64,000 nt of DNA from Octopus vulgaris (GCA_951406725.2 OX597816.1:163804001-163868000); one strand, 5' to 3'; positions 14,984-28,396 are shown, numbered from the stretch's first letter. Made by a program: numbers and translations. Notes: a model not told the origin generated them from the sequence alone.

Positions 14984-15016
<33 letters not shown>

Positions 15017-15049
15017 GTGTGTGTGTATGTGTGTATGTATGTATGTGTG

Positions 15050-15108
<59 letters not shown>

Positions 15109-15110
<2 letters not shown>

Positions 15111-15416
15111 AGGCGCAAAGACCCAGTGGTTAGGGCAGCGGACTCGCGGTCGTAGGATCGCGGTTTCGATTCCCGGACCGGGCGTTGTGAGTGTTTATTG
15201 AGCGAAAAGACCTAAAAGCTCCACGAGGCTCCGGCAGGGGGTGGTAGTGATCCCTGCTGTACTCTTTCACCACTCTTTCTCCCACTCTTTCTTCTGTTGG
15301 CCTGCTCGCTTAGCCAGCGGGGTGGCGTCATTCGAAGGCTAAAACAATGCGAACGCATTGTGACCAGCGATGTGTAACTACATCTGATGGACTGGTCGGT
15401 CACGTGATCACGTGAT
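15109..15416 (+). mobile_element. tRNA-derived SINE family S3, tail type C
   Basis: Head GGAGGCGCA...CAGTGGTTAGGGCAGCGGACTCGCGGTC...GGTTTCGATTCC is shared with 31700. Confidence 0.85.
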
Positions 15417-15477
15417 ATATATATATATATATAAGGAAATAAGCAGAAATTAGGTGTAGTACTCAAAGCTTTATAGT

Positions 15478-15558
15478 ACATACGCGCATTTCTTTAGAAT
15501 GCTGAAATAATTACATAAATAAGGACAGTATGCAATTGTGCATTCACTTCATCAGTCT
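15478..15558 (-). ncRNA. Degenerate type I hammerhead motif in a (TA)n-flanked segment (15433-16002)
   Basis: AGA CTGATGA..GAATGC[...]GCATTC..GAAA TGCGCG TA TGT. Stem I has one mismatch and the base of stem II is weak. Confidence 0.45.
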
Positions 15559-15999
15559 CATAAATACAACATCCGATGTTGGATTTCCAAAAATATACAG
15601 ATATATCACAAAAATTGTGGTGAGTTTCAGATGTTACAATGGATCATCTTAAATACACCCATTTACTTTAATAATGTTTAAAAATGTTGAATCGATATTT
15701 GACAGTCTAAGAGGGTAATGTCCTATGATGATAGGCAGCTACGATCTCAATAATGAACAGACAGAAAGTTTGAGCTAATATCAACTTGCAAACAGCGTAT
15801 GAAGTTTTTGTTACCTTTTTCTTCTTTCGGGCAATAGACGAAATACTGGTGATATCTTATCTTTTGCTTCCATAAGATCGAAAAAAATACATTTAAGATT
15901 GAACCAACCGAATTTACGGCTGGATATATGAAACCATTGTAGAGATTTATGAAACAAGGCCTCAAATGGTATATATTACAAGGAAATTTAGCACCACCT

Positions 16000-16035
<36 letters not shown>

Positions 16036-16248
16036 TGTGTGACCCTTCTGTCCGAGTCAGTCGACATGATAGATCGTTAGCCACTACACACATTTTTTTC
16101 TCTCCTTGTTTTTTCTGTGTCCCTTTCTTATAGAAGAGCGTAGGCTCGAAACGTAAAAGACTTTTTTCAATTCCTGAGCGGTTATACAAATACATCTGTT
16201 TGTTTTGTACACCACCTGTCTTCGTCTTTTGCTTTTTTCGTAAACTCT

Positions 16249-16299
<51 letters not shown>

Positions 16300-16303
<4 letters not shown>

Positions 16304-16980
16304 GTGGGGGCGCTCGCGAAGTCTCTCGTGAGTGCTACTGGTAACATGGAATCCAGAACAACCAGCTGCATGGTCGTGTCGTCGGTGATTAAACCAGCAT
16401 CATCACTATGCTTGCCCGGTGAAGAGGATTGCTAGAAACAAGACTTGTCAAAAGACGGATAAACCTAGCGAAGGCTCAAGGATTATCTAACAAAAGCATG
16501 GGCCCACAGAAATTCGGAGTTGGTATCGATATACTGGAAAATCACTGGCAGTGAGACAACGCTAAGTTTTTGTAAAAGTACGTCTCTAGGAGAAGGACAC
16601 TCTGATATGAAATCAGATACACAAAGAATGACTTTAAACATTCTGAGGATCTTTTGATTGCATTTAAGATCATGGTGCTTCCACATTCCTGGCTCTGCGA
16701 CTCACATTTGTACAGGGTGTCTTACAGTAGCTTGTCTCTAGATCATCCCAGTGGTGTGGAGAGGGTCTGTGAGGTGTTGTGCAAGTCCTATAGGACCTAA
16801 ACCTTTAGGTTGAGCCATCACCGGCGAGGTGGCTATCCGATGTGTGGTAGAGTAGGAAGGCGCCGCGGCGAGCATGGGAGCCGCGGGTGCGAACTGGGGA
16901 GAACCTATTGCTGGTGCAATAACATCGTGCACGGCCTTGCTGGCATTTTGCATGGACAATAGTCAGTGTTGGTCTGTTTC
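16300..16980 (-). mobile_element. Probable decayed LINE (ORF1 end and endonuclease start)
   Basis: 'MILNAIKRSSECLKSFFVYLISYQSVLLLETYF' resembles the N-terminal xNxxG...LQETH endonuclease motif; multiple stops. Confidence 0.3.
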
Positions 16981-17661
16981 GGTCACAGCCATCACATATA
17001 CATAATACATACATGCATACATACATACATACATACATACATACATACATACATACATACATACATACATACATACATACATACATACATACATACATGC
17101 ACAAACATATTTTTCTTAGTTTCTCCTTTTTGCAATTTCATTATAAGACGTAGATTGGATTGATAAAGACACACACACACACGTGTGTGTGTGTGTGTAT
17201 GTGTATGTGTGTGTCTGTACGTATGCGTATATACATATATAGATATGAATGTGTGATTGTGTGTGTATGTATGTGTGTATGTATGTCTGTGTATGTGTGT
17301 GTATATGTGTGTTTGTGTGTGCGTTTTTGTGTGTATTTGTGTATGTATGTATGTGTGTGTGTGTATGTTTGTGTGTATGTTTGTGTGTGTATTTGTGTGT
17401 GTATGTATGTGTGTATGTATGTCTGTGTATGTGTGTGTATATGTGTGTTTGTGTGTGCGTTTTTGTGTGTATTTGTGTGTATATTCGTGTGTTTGTGTGT
17501 ATATGAGTGTGTTTGTGTGTACGTTTGTGTATGCATTTGTGTGTGTATGCTTATATACATATATACGTACGAATGTGTGTGTATGTATATATATGTGTGT
17601 ATTAGTATATGTGCGTGTGTGTGTATGTGCTTGTATGTATATGAGTGTGTGTGTGCTTGTA

Positions 17662-17692
<31 letters not shown>

Positions 17693-18118
17693 ACTCATCA
17701 TTAATGCTGTATACACACAGAGATTCCTTGGCCACACAACAGTGTTATGTAAGTGTATCTCCTGGCAAAGTGAGTTATCAAACAACAGTGAAATTGTTTC
17801 TCTCCATGTTGACACAACTAAGACAAGCTGTTCCTTCTATTCAACTATCTCCCTCCTCGTTCAGCACAACACAACTTGAGATATCACCCTTCCTTTCATT
17901 TTACCACCTCCTACGACATGTAGGTTTTTTTCTGTTTCTTCTTTTTTTTTTTTAATTTGGTATTTTCATTTTGAACCTCTTTTTTTTTTTTTTTAATTGG
18001 GTGAGAGCAAGAAAACTGTGGGATATAGGAGAAAGGGTGAAAGGAAAGGAATGCGGGGACGCATGCGTATTTGTGTTACTATATGTGTGTATGTATGTCA
18101 ATGTGTATTTATATGTAT

Positions 18119-18272
18119 GTGGTGGTGGTGGTGGTGGTGGTGGTTCTGGTGGTGGTGGTTCTGCTGGTGGTGGTGGTGGTGGTGGTGGTGGTGGTGGTGG
18201 TGGTGGTGGTGGTGGTGGTGGTGGTGGTGGTGGTGGTGGAGGTGGTGGTGGTGGTTCTGGTGGTGGTGGTGG
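18119..18272. repeat. (GGT)n triplet microsatellite
   Basis: Directly visible. Confidence 0.95.
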
Positions 18273-18354
18273 GTGCTATGTGTGATATTCATGAAGTATA
18301 TTTATCCCTTCTGTAACAATTAAAAGGCCCGGGATCTGGGTGGGGAGAGGGGTT

Positions 18355-18522
18355 ACTCGATGACATCGACCCCAGTGTTCAACTGGTACTCATTTTATTG
18401 ACCCCGAAAAGATGAGAAGCATAGTCGAATTCGGTAAAATTTGAAACTTAGAAGGTCAAGACAGACGAAATGCCGCTAAGCATTCGGTCCGGCACGCTAT
18501 CGATTCTGCCAGCTCGCCGCCT
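18355..18522 (-). mobile_element. SINE S2 (tRNA head plus Nin/Deu-like domain), diverged monomer
   Basis: GGCGGCGAGCTGGCAGAA head and CTTTTCGGGGTCAATAAAATGAGTACCAG domain. Confidence 0.75.
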
Positions 18523-18635
18523 TCATATCTATATACACATAGACGTAAATACAAACATGTGTGCGTGTGTATGTGTGCATGCGTGCGAGTGTGTGCGTGC
18601 GTGTGTGCGTGCATGCGTGCCTGTGTGCGTGTATG

Positions 18636-18704
<69 letters not shown>

Positions 18705-18766
18705 GGTCCCGTGTTGAGTCGGGGTTAACCACAGTAAATAAGGTACTCAATACATAGCAGAGAAAT

Positions 18767-18815
18767 GCTTCCTGATGATTTCATTTGAATGAAGCAGTTC
18801 TAGTCCTGTAGAAGC
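18767..18815 (+). ncRNA. Type I hammerhead motif with an A15.1G change, in a (TA)n-flanked insert of about 125 bp
   Basis: GCTTC CTGATGA TTTCATTTGAAT GAA GCAG TTCTAGTC CTGT A GAAGC. Stems I and III pair. Confidence 0.65.
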
Positions 18816-18927
18816 TCCTTCTATAAAATATATATATATATATATATAACACTTACTTGGAAAAGGATGCGTGGCGTTCAATCATATAATAATATAAATA
18901 ATATATAAATATATGCATATATATATT

Positions 18928-19017
<90 letters not shown>

Positions 19018-19024
19018 TACATAT

Positions 19025-19330
19025 ATATGTATATATACATGCATATATGGATACAGGACATCAAAAAACGTTGAACACAATGAAAAACGAAAACATAAAA
19101 ACAAAAACATAGAAACGAATTTTTTTAGAACAACGAAAAACACAAACAGAGAAACGAGACATACAACGTAAAGAATATTCCCCTTCTTCAGTTGTCCCTG
19201 TTTCATCTACTCCACGTTTGAAGGTAAGGACAAGACGCGACTTCGTTGAAACAGTCCTTCCCGCAAAGCAAATTAAATAAAATTTGGAATTTTTTGCGGA
19301 GGATGAAAGTGGCAACAAGAACAGGACAGT
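19025..19330 (-). mobile_element. Repeat family P3, (TA)n-associated
   Basis: Homologous segments at 28635-28840, 40215-40860, 40935-41030 (inverted) and 18850-18905. A conserved CTGA(A/T)GAAGGG motif is present. Confidence 0.7.
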
Positions 19331-19804
19331 GAGAAAAAAACAGTAACAACAAACAGTGAAGGCTGTTAAGCCAAGACGATAGAAAAATTATTATGAACGC
19401 TAGGAAGACGAGCTTGTGAAGGAGACAGTATAAAAGCAGGGTTTTTTTGGACTGAAATGAGGCAAAATTAAAAATCTAGAAAATCTAAATAAAACCAAAC
19501 CTGCAAGACATATTTTACTATTTAAACCCATGCAAGCAGCATTCTTGTCGCAAACTGAACGAAGAAACGATATATATCACCAAGGACTCGAACTATCTTT
19601 CAAAGTTATGACAAATAAATTCGGCAGATTATGTTCAATTTAATGATGGTTAAGTTCCATTCACTGATGGTTAATAGCTTCAAATTTTAGCACAATGCCA
19701 GCAATTTCAGTGGTTGTAGTAAGTTGATTACATCGACCTCAGTGCTTTTTGGTACTTTGAGCACATTCAAATTCCGATATGTATATTATATATATTGATT
19801 CCAG

Positions 19805-20355
19805 TTCCGAGTTCATCATCCCTACTATTGTGTCCTAGTAAATTTGGCAGTTTAAAGGAGGAATCGCTAATGCGCAAGTTAACTGGAGGATTGTTGATAA
19901 CGTCGCCATACAAAATAGGCATCCAAAAACGCAATCTGTGTATTACAGAAAAGTGTAATATGTTCTCATCGGGTATTATTTTAAACACTATGGTCGACAC
20001 ATTTCCAACAAGGTCGCTCAGAAATTACAATATTACATCTATCAATGACATTTTTCTACAGGGTTGGTTTTATTCATTAATGAAGATAAACCATATTTCT
20101 TTAAAATTTTTCAGTGAATTATATAAAATCTCTGAGCAAGGGGATGTCATCCAGGGGCTAAAAACAATTTTTATATCGTCCTCTATGGGACCGTCACATT
20201 TAGTTAGCAAATATATTTTACTGTTCAGTGAATTATTTCAATATATATTTAGAATTTCACATGTAAATAATTATATGTTTCATCGTTCCGACGATATTGT
20301 GATAATTGAAATATCGTCCAGAAGATCACATGCATATAGCTCATGCCAGCGTTGA
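19805..20355 (+). CDS. Unexplained stop-free reading frame of about 183 codons; possible terminal exon, product unknown
   Basis: Longest non-repeat ORF in the window, with a possible acceptor ttgattccag| at 19804. The composition (I/S/F/L-rich, one Ala) resembles AT-rich noise. Confidence 0.2.
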
Positions 20356-20732
20356 AAACCCCGTGCAACAATCGTCTTAATTACAGTCCGTTTTCCGGAG
20401 GCAGGTGAATAATATTCCATAAATAAGGAGTTCGGTTCCCGCGCGCGATCTTGCTTCCTTTTTCATCCTATGTTGTACTTACAAAGGTACTTTGAACCTT
20501 AAGAGCTTACTCTATATGTTATATAATATATTACGCACACACTTGTGTGTGTTTGTGTATTTGTGTGTATGTATGTGTGTTTGTGTGTGTTTGTATGTGT
20601 GTGTGTATGTGTTTTTACGTGTGTATGTGTGTGTATGTGCCTGTGCATGTGTGTATGTGTACGCGTGTGTGTTTGTGTGTGTATGTGCGTGCATGTGTGT
20701 TTATGTGTGTATGTGTTTGTACACATACAGAC

Positions 20733-20763
<31 letters not shown>

Positions 20764-20790
20764 CAAATAGATAAAGAGAGAGAGAGAGAG

Positions 20791-20830
<40 letters not shown>

Positions 20831-20919
20831 GATACATAGATAGAGAGAGAGAGATAGAAAGATAGATAGGCACAGAAGAATATACAGACAGACAGACAGA
20901 CAGACAGACGGACAGATAA

Positions 20920-20999
<80 letters not shown>

Positions 21000-21410
21000 G
21001 CGGACGGACAGACAGACAAACCAGCATTCATACATATGCACATATTCCAAGATACATTTTTATACAGATACATTTTCACACGCATGATATATGCATACAT
21101 TTACACACGCGCGCGCACACAAACTCACACACACATTTATGTATATTTATATATGCATGCATGCATGTATGTGCGTATGTATGCATGTAAAGGTATGTAG
21201 CAGTTTATAGCCTGTTACGTAACGGAGTCAGTATTTACTCTTCTCCTACAGCTTTTGGTGAAGCTGTCATTTTATGAGCAATTACTGCGCAAGACAAATA
21301 ATGATGCATTCATTTTGTACAAATAGCAAAACCTATTTTGAGAGAGAAACAATAGTCGAGAGAGATAGAGAGAAAGGGGTGATGGGGAGGGGGGTGATGG
21401 GGAGGGGAAG

Positions 21411-21760
21411 AGAAGAAGAAGAAGAAGAAGAAGAAGAAGAAGAAGAAGAAGAAGAAGAAGAAGAAGAAGAAGAAGAGAAGAAGAAGAAGAAGAAGAAGAA
21501 GAAGAAGAAGGAGAAGAAGAAAGAAGAAGGAGAAGAAAGAAGAAGGAGAAGAAGATGAAGAAGAAGAAGAAAGAGGAAGAACAAAAAGAAGAAGTAGAAG
21601 AAGAAGAAGAAAAAGAAGAAGAAGAAGAAAAAGAAAAAGGAGAGGAAAGAAGGAGAAGAAGAAGAAGAAGAAGAAGAAGAAGAAGAAGAAGAAGAAGAAG
21701 AAGAAGAAGAAGAAGAAGAAGAAGAAGAATTGAAGAAGAAGGAGAAGAAGAAGAAGAGGG
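21411..21760. repeat. (GAA)n-rich polypurine tract
   Basis: Directly visible. Confidence 0.95.
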
Positions 21761-22550
21761 GGGCAGTGAGAAAGGATTATGGAGTCACAGAAAGTGAAAG
21801 AGGGGTGAAACGAAAGAGAAAGAGAAAGAGAACGTGAAACACCGATGAGAAACAGGCAGATAGAAATGAAGAGAAAGGAGACGTAGGGAAACTAAGGGAG
21901 AAAGCGGAAGGATACGAAAGAGGGAGAAGCGAGAGTGCAAGCAGACAACATGGCGTCCTAACTTCATGCATACACGCTCCGTTTCTTCCCTTTTTCTCGT
22001 TAACGTTGCTGCTTTATTATTGTTAGTATTATTATTATTATTATTATTATTACTAACGTTTGTTTGTTGGGTGTGTTTCGTGTGTACTTATTGCGGTTAT
22101 TATTTTGGTTGTTGTTGTTGTTGTTGTTATCGCTGTTATTGTTCTTGCTGTTGTTGCACACAATTGTTCTTAATTGTCTCATCCCCCACCACCACCACCA
22201 CCACCCCGTAATACCTTAATGGAGTAACAAAACTATGCAACATGCAGTATAGCTTCTTTGCTTTAACAAAAAAAAGCAATGTTTCGCCTTCCCTTTCGAT
22301 TCTTTCTTAATAGAATCTTTGAAATGGTACGATGGAATGGTAACAATATATAATACGTAATATATTTGGGATTGTTTTAAACACTTTCATTTTTTTCCTT
22401 TACTTTTTACTTTTTTTTTATTGGTATTATAGTGTTTTTGTTTAACGTTTGTAGGGTATACGATCTTTGGTTTAACCTACCTATGCGTATATAACATGCA
22501 TAAATGCTCATACGAGAGCAATTCCACATAAATGTATATTCTGGTATATT

Positions 22551-22595
<45 letters not shown>

Positions 22596-22629
22596 ATACA
22601 TACATACTTATATATATATATATATATCC

Positions 22630-22667
<38 letters not shown>

Positions 22668-23117
22668 CCATACATACATACTTATACATATATATATATA
22701 CACCTAAACATATATATATATGTGTGCATATATATATATACACACACACACATATACAGATACGTATTTATGCATATACATATATATACATATATACACA
22801 CATATACACATACGTATTTATGCATATATATATATATATACATATATACACACATATTCATATATATATATTTATACATATATACGTACATACATATCAT
22901 GCATACACATACACTCACACACACACACACACACACACGCGCGCACACACACATATATGCTTATATGTATATAAATATATATATATGATCAAACAGTCTG
23001 AAGTGAGGCTGGTTTTGTTTGGTTTTGGCATGACTTATATTATGTAGGAATATCGACAAAACGAGTACAACGGACTTACTGTGAGAAGATATTCGAACGC
23101 TTCGGTCACAGGTTCTT

Positions 23118-23523
23118 ATTTCTTTATTGCCTACAAGGCGCTAAACACAGAAGGGACAAACAAGGACAGACAAAGGAATTGAGTCGATTACATCGACCCC
23201 AGTGCGTAACTGGTACTTTATTAATCGACTCCGAAATGATGAAAGGCGAAGTCGATCTCGGCGGAATTTGAACACAGAACGTGTAACGACAGACGAAATA
23301 CCTATTTCTTTACTATCCACAAGGGGCTAAACACAGAGAGGACAGACAAACGGATTAAGTCGATTATATCGACTCCAGTGCGTAACTGGTACTTATTTAA
23401 TCGACCCCGAAAGGATGAAATGCAAAGTCGACCTCGGCGGAATTTGAACTCAGAACGTAACGGCAGACGAAAAACGGCTACGCATTTCGCCCGGCGTGCT
23501 AATGTTTCTGCCAGCTCGCCGCC
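23118..23523 (-). mobile_element. Dimeric SINE S2 (Nin-domain) with a 17-bp TSD
   Basis: Full monomer plus 5'-truncated monomer. TSD ttcggtcacaggttctt (23101-23117) / ttcgctcacagtttctt (23524-23540). Confidence 0.9.
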
Positions 23524-23849
23524 TTCGCTCACAGTTTCTTCTTCAGAGGAAAAGTAGAAAGTAGAGAAAAGAATGCAAAACAGCAGATTTCTACTTTCTC
23601 CCAATTAAAAAAAATTAAACTGGCTGCAACTGATAAGGAACGCAGGGCCACGTAAGCCTCATACGTCAGCAAGAAGTGACAGTGGAACAGTGTAAGAAGA
23701 GAACAAAGAGTAATAGAACAGTGTAAGAAAGGAACAAAGAGAGTAATGGAATGAGGAGAAGAATGCGAAGTCAGGAGTGAGATGGAAGGGAAAAGATGAG
23801 AAGAGGGGGAAGTTAAAGGATAAAAAAAGGGTTTAGAGAATTAAGAGGA

Positions 23850-24085
23850 GGTGCAGGAGTTGAAGGGAAAACTTTCTTTTAAAACTGTGGGTGACATGGT
23901 GCCAAGTTTTTCCGGTTCCTTGAGAATGTGGATCCCTGGTGTGCAGTGATGGACACACAGATAAGTGAGTAACGGAATGGCCTGTAGTGCTGAAGTCGAT
24001 GGCGACAGGTTGACCAGGCATACGTAGGAGAATGCTTTGAATATGCTCCAGAAAGCCATCATCCAGACGTTAGCTTATTTTCTCC
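23850..24085 (-). mobile_element. Probable decayed LINE ORF2 C-terminal fragment
   Basis: Weak resemblance to the RTxxLWNxLP-type C-terminus ('TGKTWHHVTHSF'). Confidence 0.3.
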
Positions 24086-24104
24086 AAAGTACAATAATCC
24101 AGTA

Positions 24105-24325
24105 CAATAATCCCTCGACTATCACGGGTGTTACGTTCCAAAAACCCCGCGGTAGGTAAAAATCCGCGAAGTAGAAATAGTACTGTACTGTAAATTTTTT
24201 ATTATCATTTTTATAAATTGTATATATTTATTTTATTATAAATGCAATGCAACACCACAGAGGAATCGACGTAAGCTTAAATAATAAACCGCGATAGTAA
24301 ACCGTGATATGGAGAGCGATTACTG
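24105..24325. mobile_element. Tigger/pogo-like MITE
   Basis: Imperfect TIRs CAATAATCCCTCGACTATCACGG / CCGTGATATGGAGAGCGATTACTG with TA on both sides. Confidence 0.75.
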
Positions 24326-25925
24326 TATGTGAATATTTTTTGAAAAATGAATAAATAAGAAATTCACAGTACTGGAAATCAGAGCCTTTCATTGATAATG
24401 TATTAAAAAATATTCGAACACTCTACATTTGTATTGAGTCCTGTAATTTATCGCTTCTGGCGAATATACACACACAGAGTCACAAACACATGCAAACACA
24501 CACATATACACACATGCTCACAGGAATACACATACACACATACACACACACACACACACGTGATCACACATGCCCACACGAATACATATACACACACTCA
24601 CACATGCAGATATCCATCCATTAATGCATGAAACACCGATGAAAGGAAAAGAGTTAACGCTGATATTCAGAGGAAAATATCACAAGACGCAAAGATCAGC
24701 GGGTGTAATTGTTGGGAAATTGCAGACAATACAGTGTTTGAAAAGTGTAATCTGTAGAGAGAAACCATTAATCTTGTTCTCTCTAATATGTTTATTCTGT
24801 TATTCTGTAATTCCCTTTGAATACCATGACATCTGTTTAACCTGAATAAATGTCTAGTTAGATTTTCCTTTTTTCGCCAGTCTCATTTCATTTCGTTTCA
24901 CACACTCACACACAGACAAACATACACATACATTCATATGTATGTATGTGAGTAAGTATACACGTAAGTCCTTCATAGATGCATTCACAGACGCATGTAT
25001 TATATGTATGTGACGGGGTCTTTGTGTCTGAATATATATTAATCGCTGGTACAGACAAAATATTTCGGTTAGCAACTATAATATACTAGAAAGTATATCA
25101 GATGTTTATAAGTGAATGCTGTGCCTTATTTTTGTGTTAGCAGTGCGATGTTTCATTTCTAAGTTTATCTCTACAGATTTTTCTATGGAATTCATATGCA
25201 GCACTGATTTCCTCTTCGAATACTGTTATGTCAACGAAGTGATCGAAGATAGAAAAAAATCAGGCTATGGGTGTATATGCATATTTCAGAAGTTATTGCT
25301 CTTTCATCAGTCATTGCTCTTTCATTGGCACTGCATCCAAACCATTAACCATCCATAAACACATTGCTTAAATAGCCATTATGTGAAGCAGTATAACACT
25401 ATTGGAGAGACCAATTTACATATAAAACACATTCCTGATAAGTAGTACGTACATATAGTTTGCTAGCAAAGACAGTTTAGTAACCATGGCATACTACAAA
25501 GTACATTAGATGTTTCCAGTTCAACGTTGTGCCTTACCTATGTGTCCGCAGTGCAATGATTTCATTCTAAAGATTGTCTCTACCGATTTTCTATTGAATT
25601 CATAGTCAGCACTTGAAAGTTATGACGTTTTGTATACAAATAAATCAACGTTAACAATGCGATCGAAGGTGGGAAAAAATAGGTAATGAATGTCAGCTTC
25701 CAGGAATGCGTTTTAGTATGCAAATTCATCAATCCAACAGCGTTACATCCTTAAACTTAGTGGCCGTTAAAGGTACACGTGTCTTTGGAGGGCTCAGCCA
25801 CTTGCACGTCATTTCACGAGCAGGCTATTCCGTTGATCTATCAGCTAGGACCCTCGTCATCGTGACCGACGGAGTGCTCCAGCTAGACACACACACACAC
25901 ACATACACACACACCTATATATATA

Positions 25926-25967
<42 letters not shown>

Positions 25968-25985
25968 CCTACACAATATACATAT

Positions 25986-26141
25986 AGGAGTGGCTGTGTG
26001 GTAAGTAGCTTGCTTACGAACTACATGGTTTCGGATTCAGTCCCAGCGCGTGGCACTTTGGCAAGTGTCTTCTACTATAGTCTCAGGCCAACCAAAGCCT
26101 TGTGAGTGGATTTGGTAGACGGAAACTGAAAAAATCCCGAC

Positions 26142-26186
<45 letters not shown>

Positions 26187-26390
26187 CTTGTTACCCCCAA
26201 CATCGCTTGACAGTCGATGCTGGTGTGTTTACGTCCCCGTAGCCTAGTGGTTCGGCAAAAAGAGACCGAAAGAATAAGTACTGGGCTTACAAAAGAATAA
26301 GTCCCGGGGTCGATTTGTTCGACTAAACGGCGGTGCTCCAGCATGGCCGCAGTCAAATGACAGAAACAAGTAAAAAGAATAAAAAGAAAA
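25986..26390 (+). mobile_element. SINE S1, full length
   Basis: Head, internal (TA)n and tail all present. Confidence 0.9.
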
Positions 26391-26509
26391 GAATAAACAT
26401 ATATAGAGAGTGTGGGGGGAACCTAAGATGTATATTATATACATATTGTTGTAGTCATTATGTATTGTAGATATATTACATACGTGTGTGTATATATATA
26501 TGTGTGTGA

Positions 26510-26575
<66 letters not shown>

Positions 26576-26727
26576 GAACACACACACATAGATGTATGTA
26601 TTTATGTACGATTTTATTGTTTATACGTTTACGTATTGTATCCTTTTAAGGGTTTTTCCGTGTTTCTCACCGCTCCACCCTTCTCACCACCACCGTCACC
26701 CACGCACACCCAAAACACACACACACA

Positions 26728-26785
<58 letters not shown>

Positions 26786-27315
26786 ACATTAAACACCTCG
26801 ATCGTGGGTGGCACGAAATCTGAGCTCGACAGAATCCGTTGCTTTTTATTTATTATATTGAATGTCAATTGTGGAATTTCGCCAAATCTTTTATTGCCTC
26901 TTGGTCTCCATTAATATTCCAAACACCAAGGAGGGGGCAGGTGTGGTTGGAGCGTTATTGGGTAGAATAGAAAAAGGCGGGAAAGGATTGAACGTAGGTG
27001 TATATGCGACCAACACTCTACAACCTTACAACGTTCGGTTTGATCATTCTGCGTTCAAATCACAGCGTGATATAATTTTCCCGCCTTTGATAATTTATTC
27101 TTCCACTTGTTTAAGTTATTCGATTACGGCCATGCTGGAGTCTAAAGAAGTTTTGCCGGTTAAATCAACCCAAGTATTTTCCTTCAAGCCTGATTGGAAC
27201 TTGTTGTGCCTGTCTTTTGTTACCGAAGCCCAAGGTAACGGTGAGTTAAACAAACCAACACCGGCTATCATACTATGAGAAATACAAACACAAGGACGCA
27301 AACACACGCATGTAC

Positions 27316-27351
<36 letters not shown>

Positions 27352-27573
27352 TAATCAATATAGGGTGGCAAAAAATTTCGTAGAATTTTTTTGCCACCAG
27401 CGGCCTAGTGGGAAAAAATTAAATAGTCATAGACCATTTATAAATTCAACATCAAAATCAAGGAACGGCCATAATAGGCCATTCACCAACTAGAAATAAC
27501 AGACAAAGCTTCAACCGCAAAACAACATTAATTCCGCAAACCAGGAGAAAATTTTAAAAACATTTACCCTGTA

Positions 27574-27679
27574 GTTCCTTATACGATGCACCGTTTCATC
27601 TATTGTTTAATGGTAAACCAACCTGATTAAATTAAATCAAGCTAGTCTTCCATAGGCCGATAGATTCGTCAGTAAGAAC
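27574..27679 (-). ncRNA. Type I hammerhead ribozyme, core intact (copy 1)
   Basis: GTTCTTA CTGACGA ATCTAT[...]ATAGAT GAAA CGGTGCATCG TA TAAGGAAC. Confidence 0.85.
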
Positions 27680-27806
27680 AGCCAGATCGGAGCAGATATT
27701 TCCACGAGGCACTTCTATCCCTGTCTCGGCAATATCTGACCTAAAATTTTCAAATCATCGCACTCGCGCCAAATTTATCGGCAGCAAATATACAGCCGAT
27801 CTGGCT

Positions 27807-27912
27807 GTTCTTACTGAAGAATCTATCGGCCTATGGAAGACTAGCTTGATTTAATTTAATCAGGTTGGTTTACCATTAAACAATAGATGAAACGGTGCAT
27901 CGTATAAGGAAC
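27807..27912 (+). ncRNA. Type I hammerhead ribozyme, core intact (copy 2); predicted cut after 27904
   Basis: Stem I 27807-13/27905-12; CTGAAGA 27814-20; stem II 27821-26/27883-88; GAAA 27889-92; stem III ACGG/TCGT; GUA site. Confidence 0.85.
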
Positions 27913-28290
27913 TACAGGGTAAATGTTTTTTTAATTTTCTCCTGGTTTGCGGAATTAATGTTGTTTTGCGGTTGAAGCTTTGTCTGTTATTTCTAGTGGG
28001 TGAATGGCCTATTATGGCCGTTCCTTGATTTTGATGTTGAATTTATAAATGGTCTATGACTATTTAATTTTTTCCCACTAGGCCGCTGGTGGCAAAAAAA
28101 ATTCTACGAAATTTTTTGCCACCCTATATTGATTAATTATGAATTTTCTGGTTAATTCCGTAATGGAATCGGCGGCTTATATTTGCTGCCGATAAATTTG
28201 GCGCGAGTGCGATGATTTGAAAATTTTAGGTCAGATATTGCCGAGACAGGGATAGAAGTGCCTCGTGGAAATATCTGCTCCGATCTGGCT

Positions 28291-28396
28291 GTTCTTACTG
28301 ACGAATCTATCGGCCTATGGAAGACCAGCTTGATTTAATTTAATCAGGTTGGTTTACCATTAAACAATAGATGAAACGGTGCATCGTATAAGGAAC
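28291..28396 (+). ncRNA. Type I hammerhead ribozyme, core intact (copy 3); predicted cut after 28388
   Basis: Same fold as copy 2, with CTGACGA at 28298-28304. Confidence 0.85.

Noticed and set aside
15109-15185. tRNA genes at SINE heads (also 31700, 37990, 63436)
   Set aside because: A/B boxes are present, but each runs into a SINE body and lacks a proper acceptor stem.
17971-18323. Poly-Gly, poly-Trp and poly-Val ORFs
   Set aside because: (GGT)n microsatellite.
21274-21797. Glu/Lys/Arg-rich ORFs
   Set aside because: (GAA)n tract.
24640-24752. Minus-strand acceptor ggtttctctctacag as exon 2 of the candidate gene
   Set aside because: Phase 0 and phase 2 readings both meet stops within about 35 codons, and no good donor is evident.
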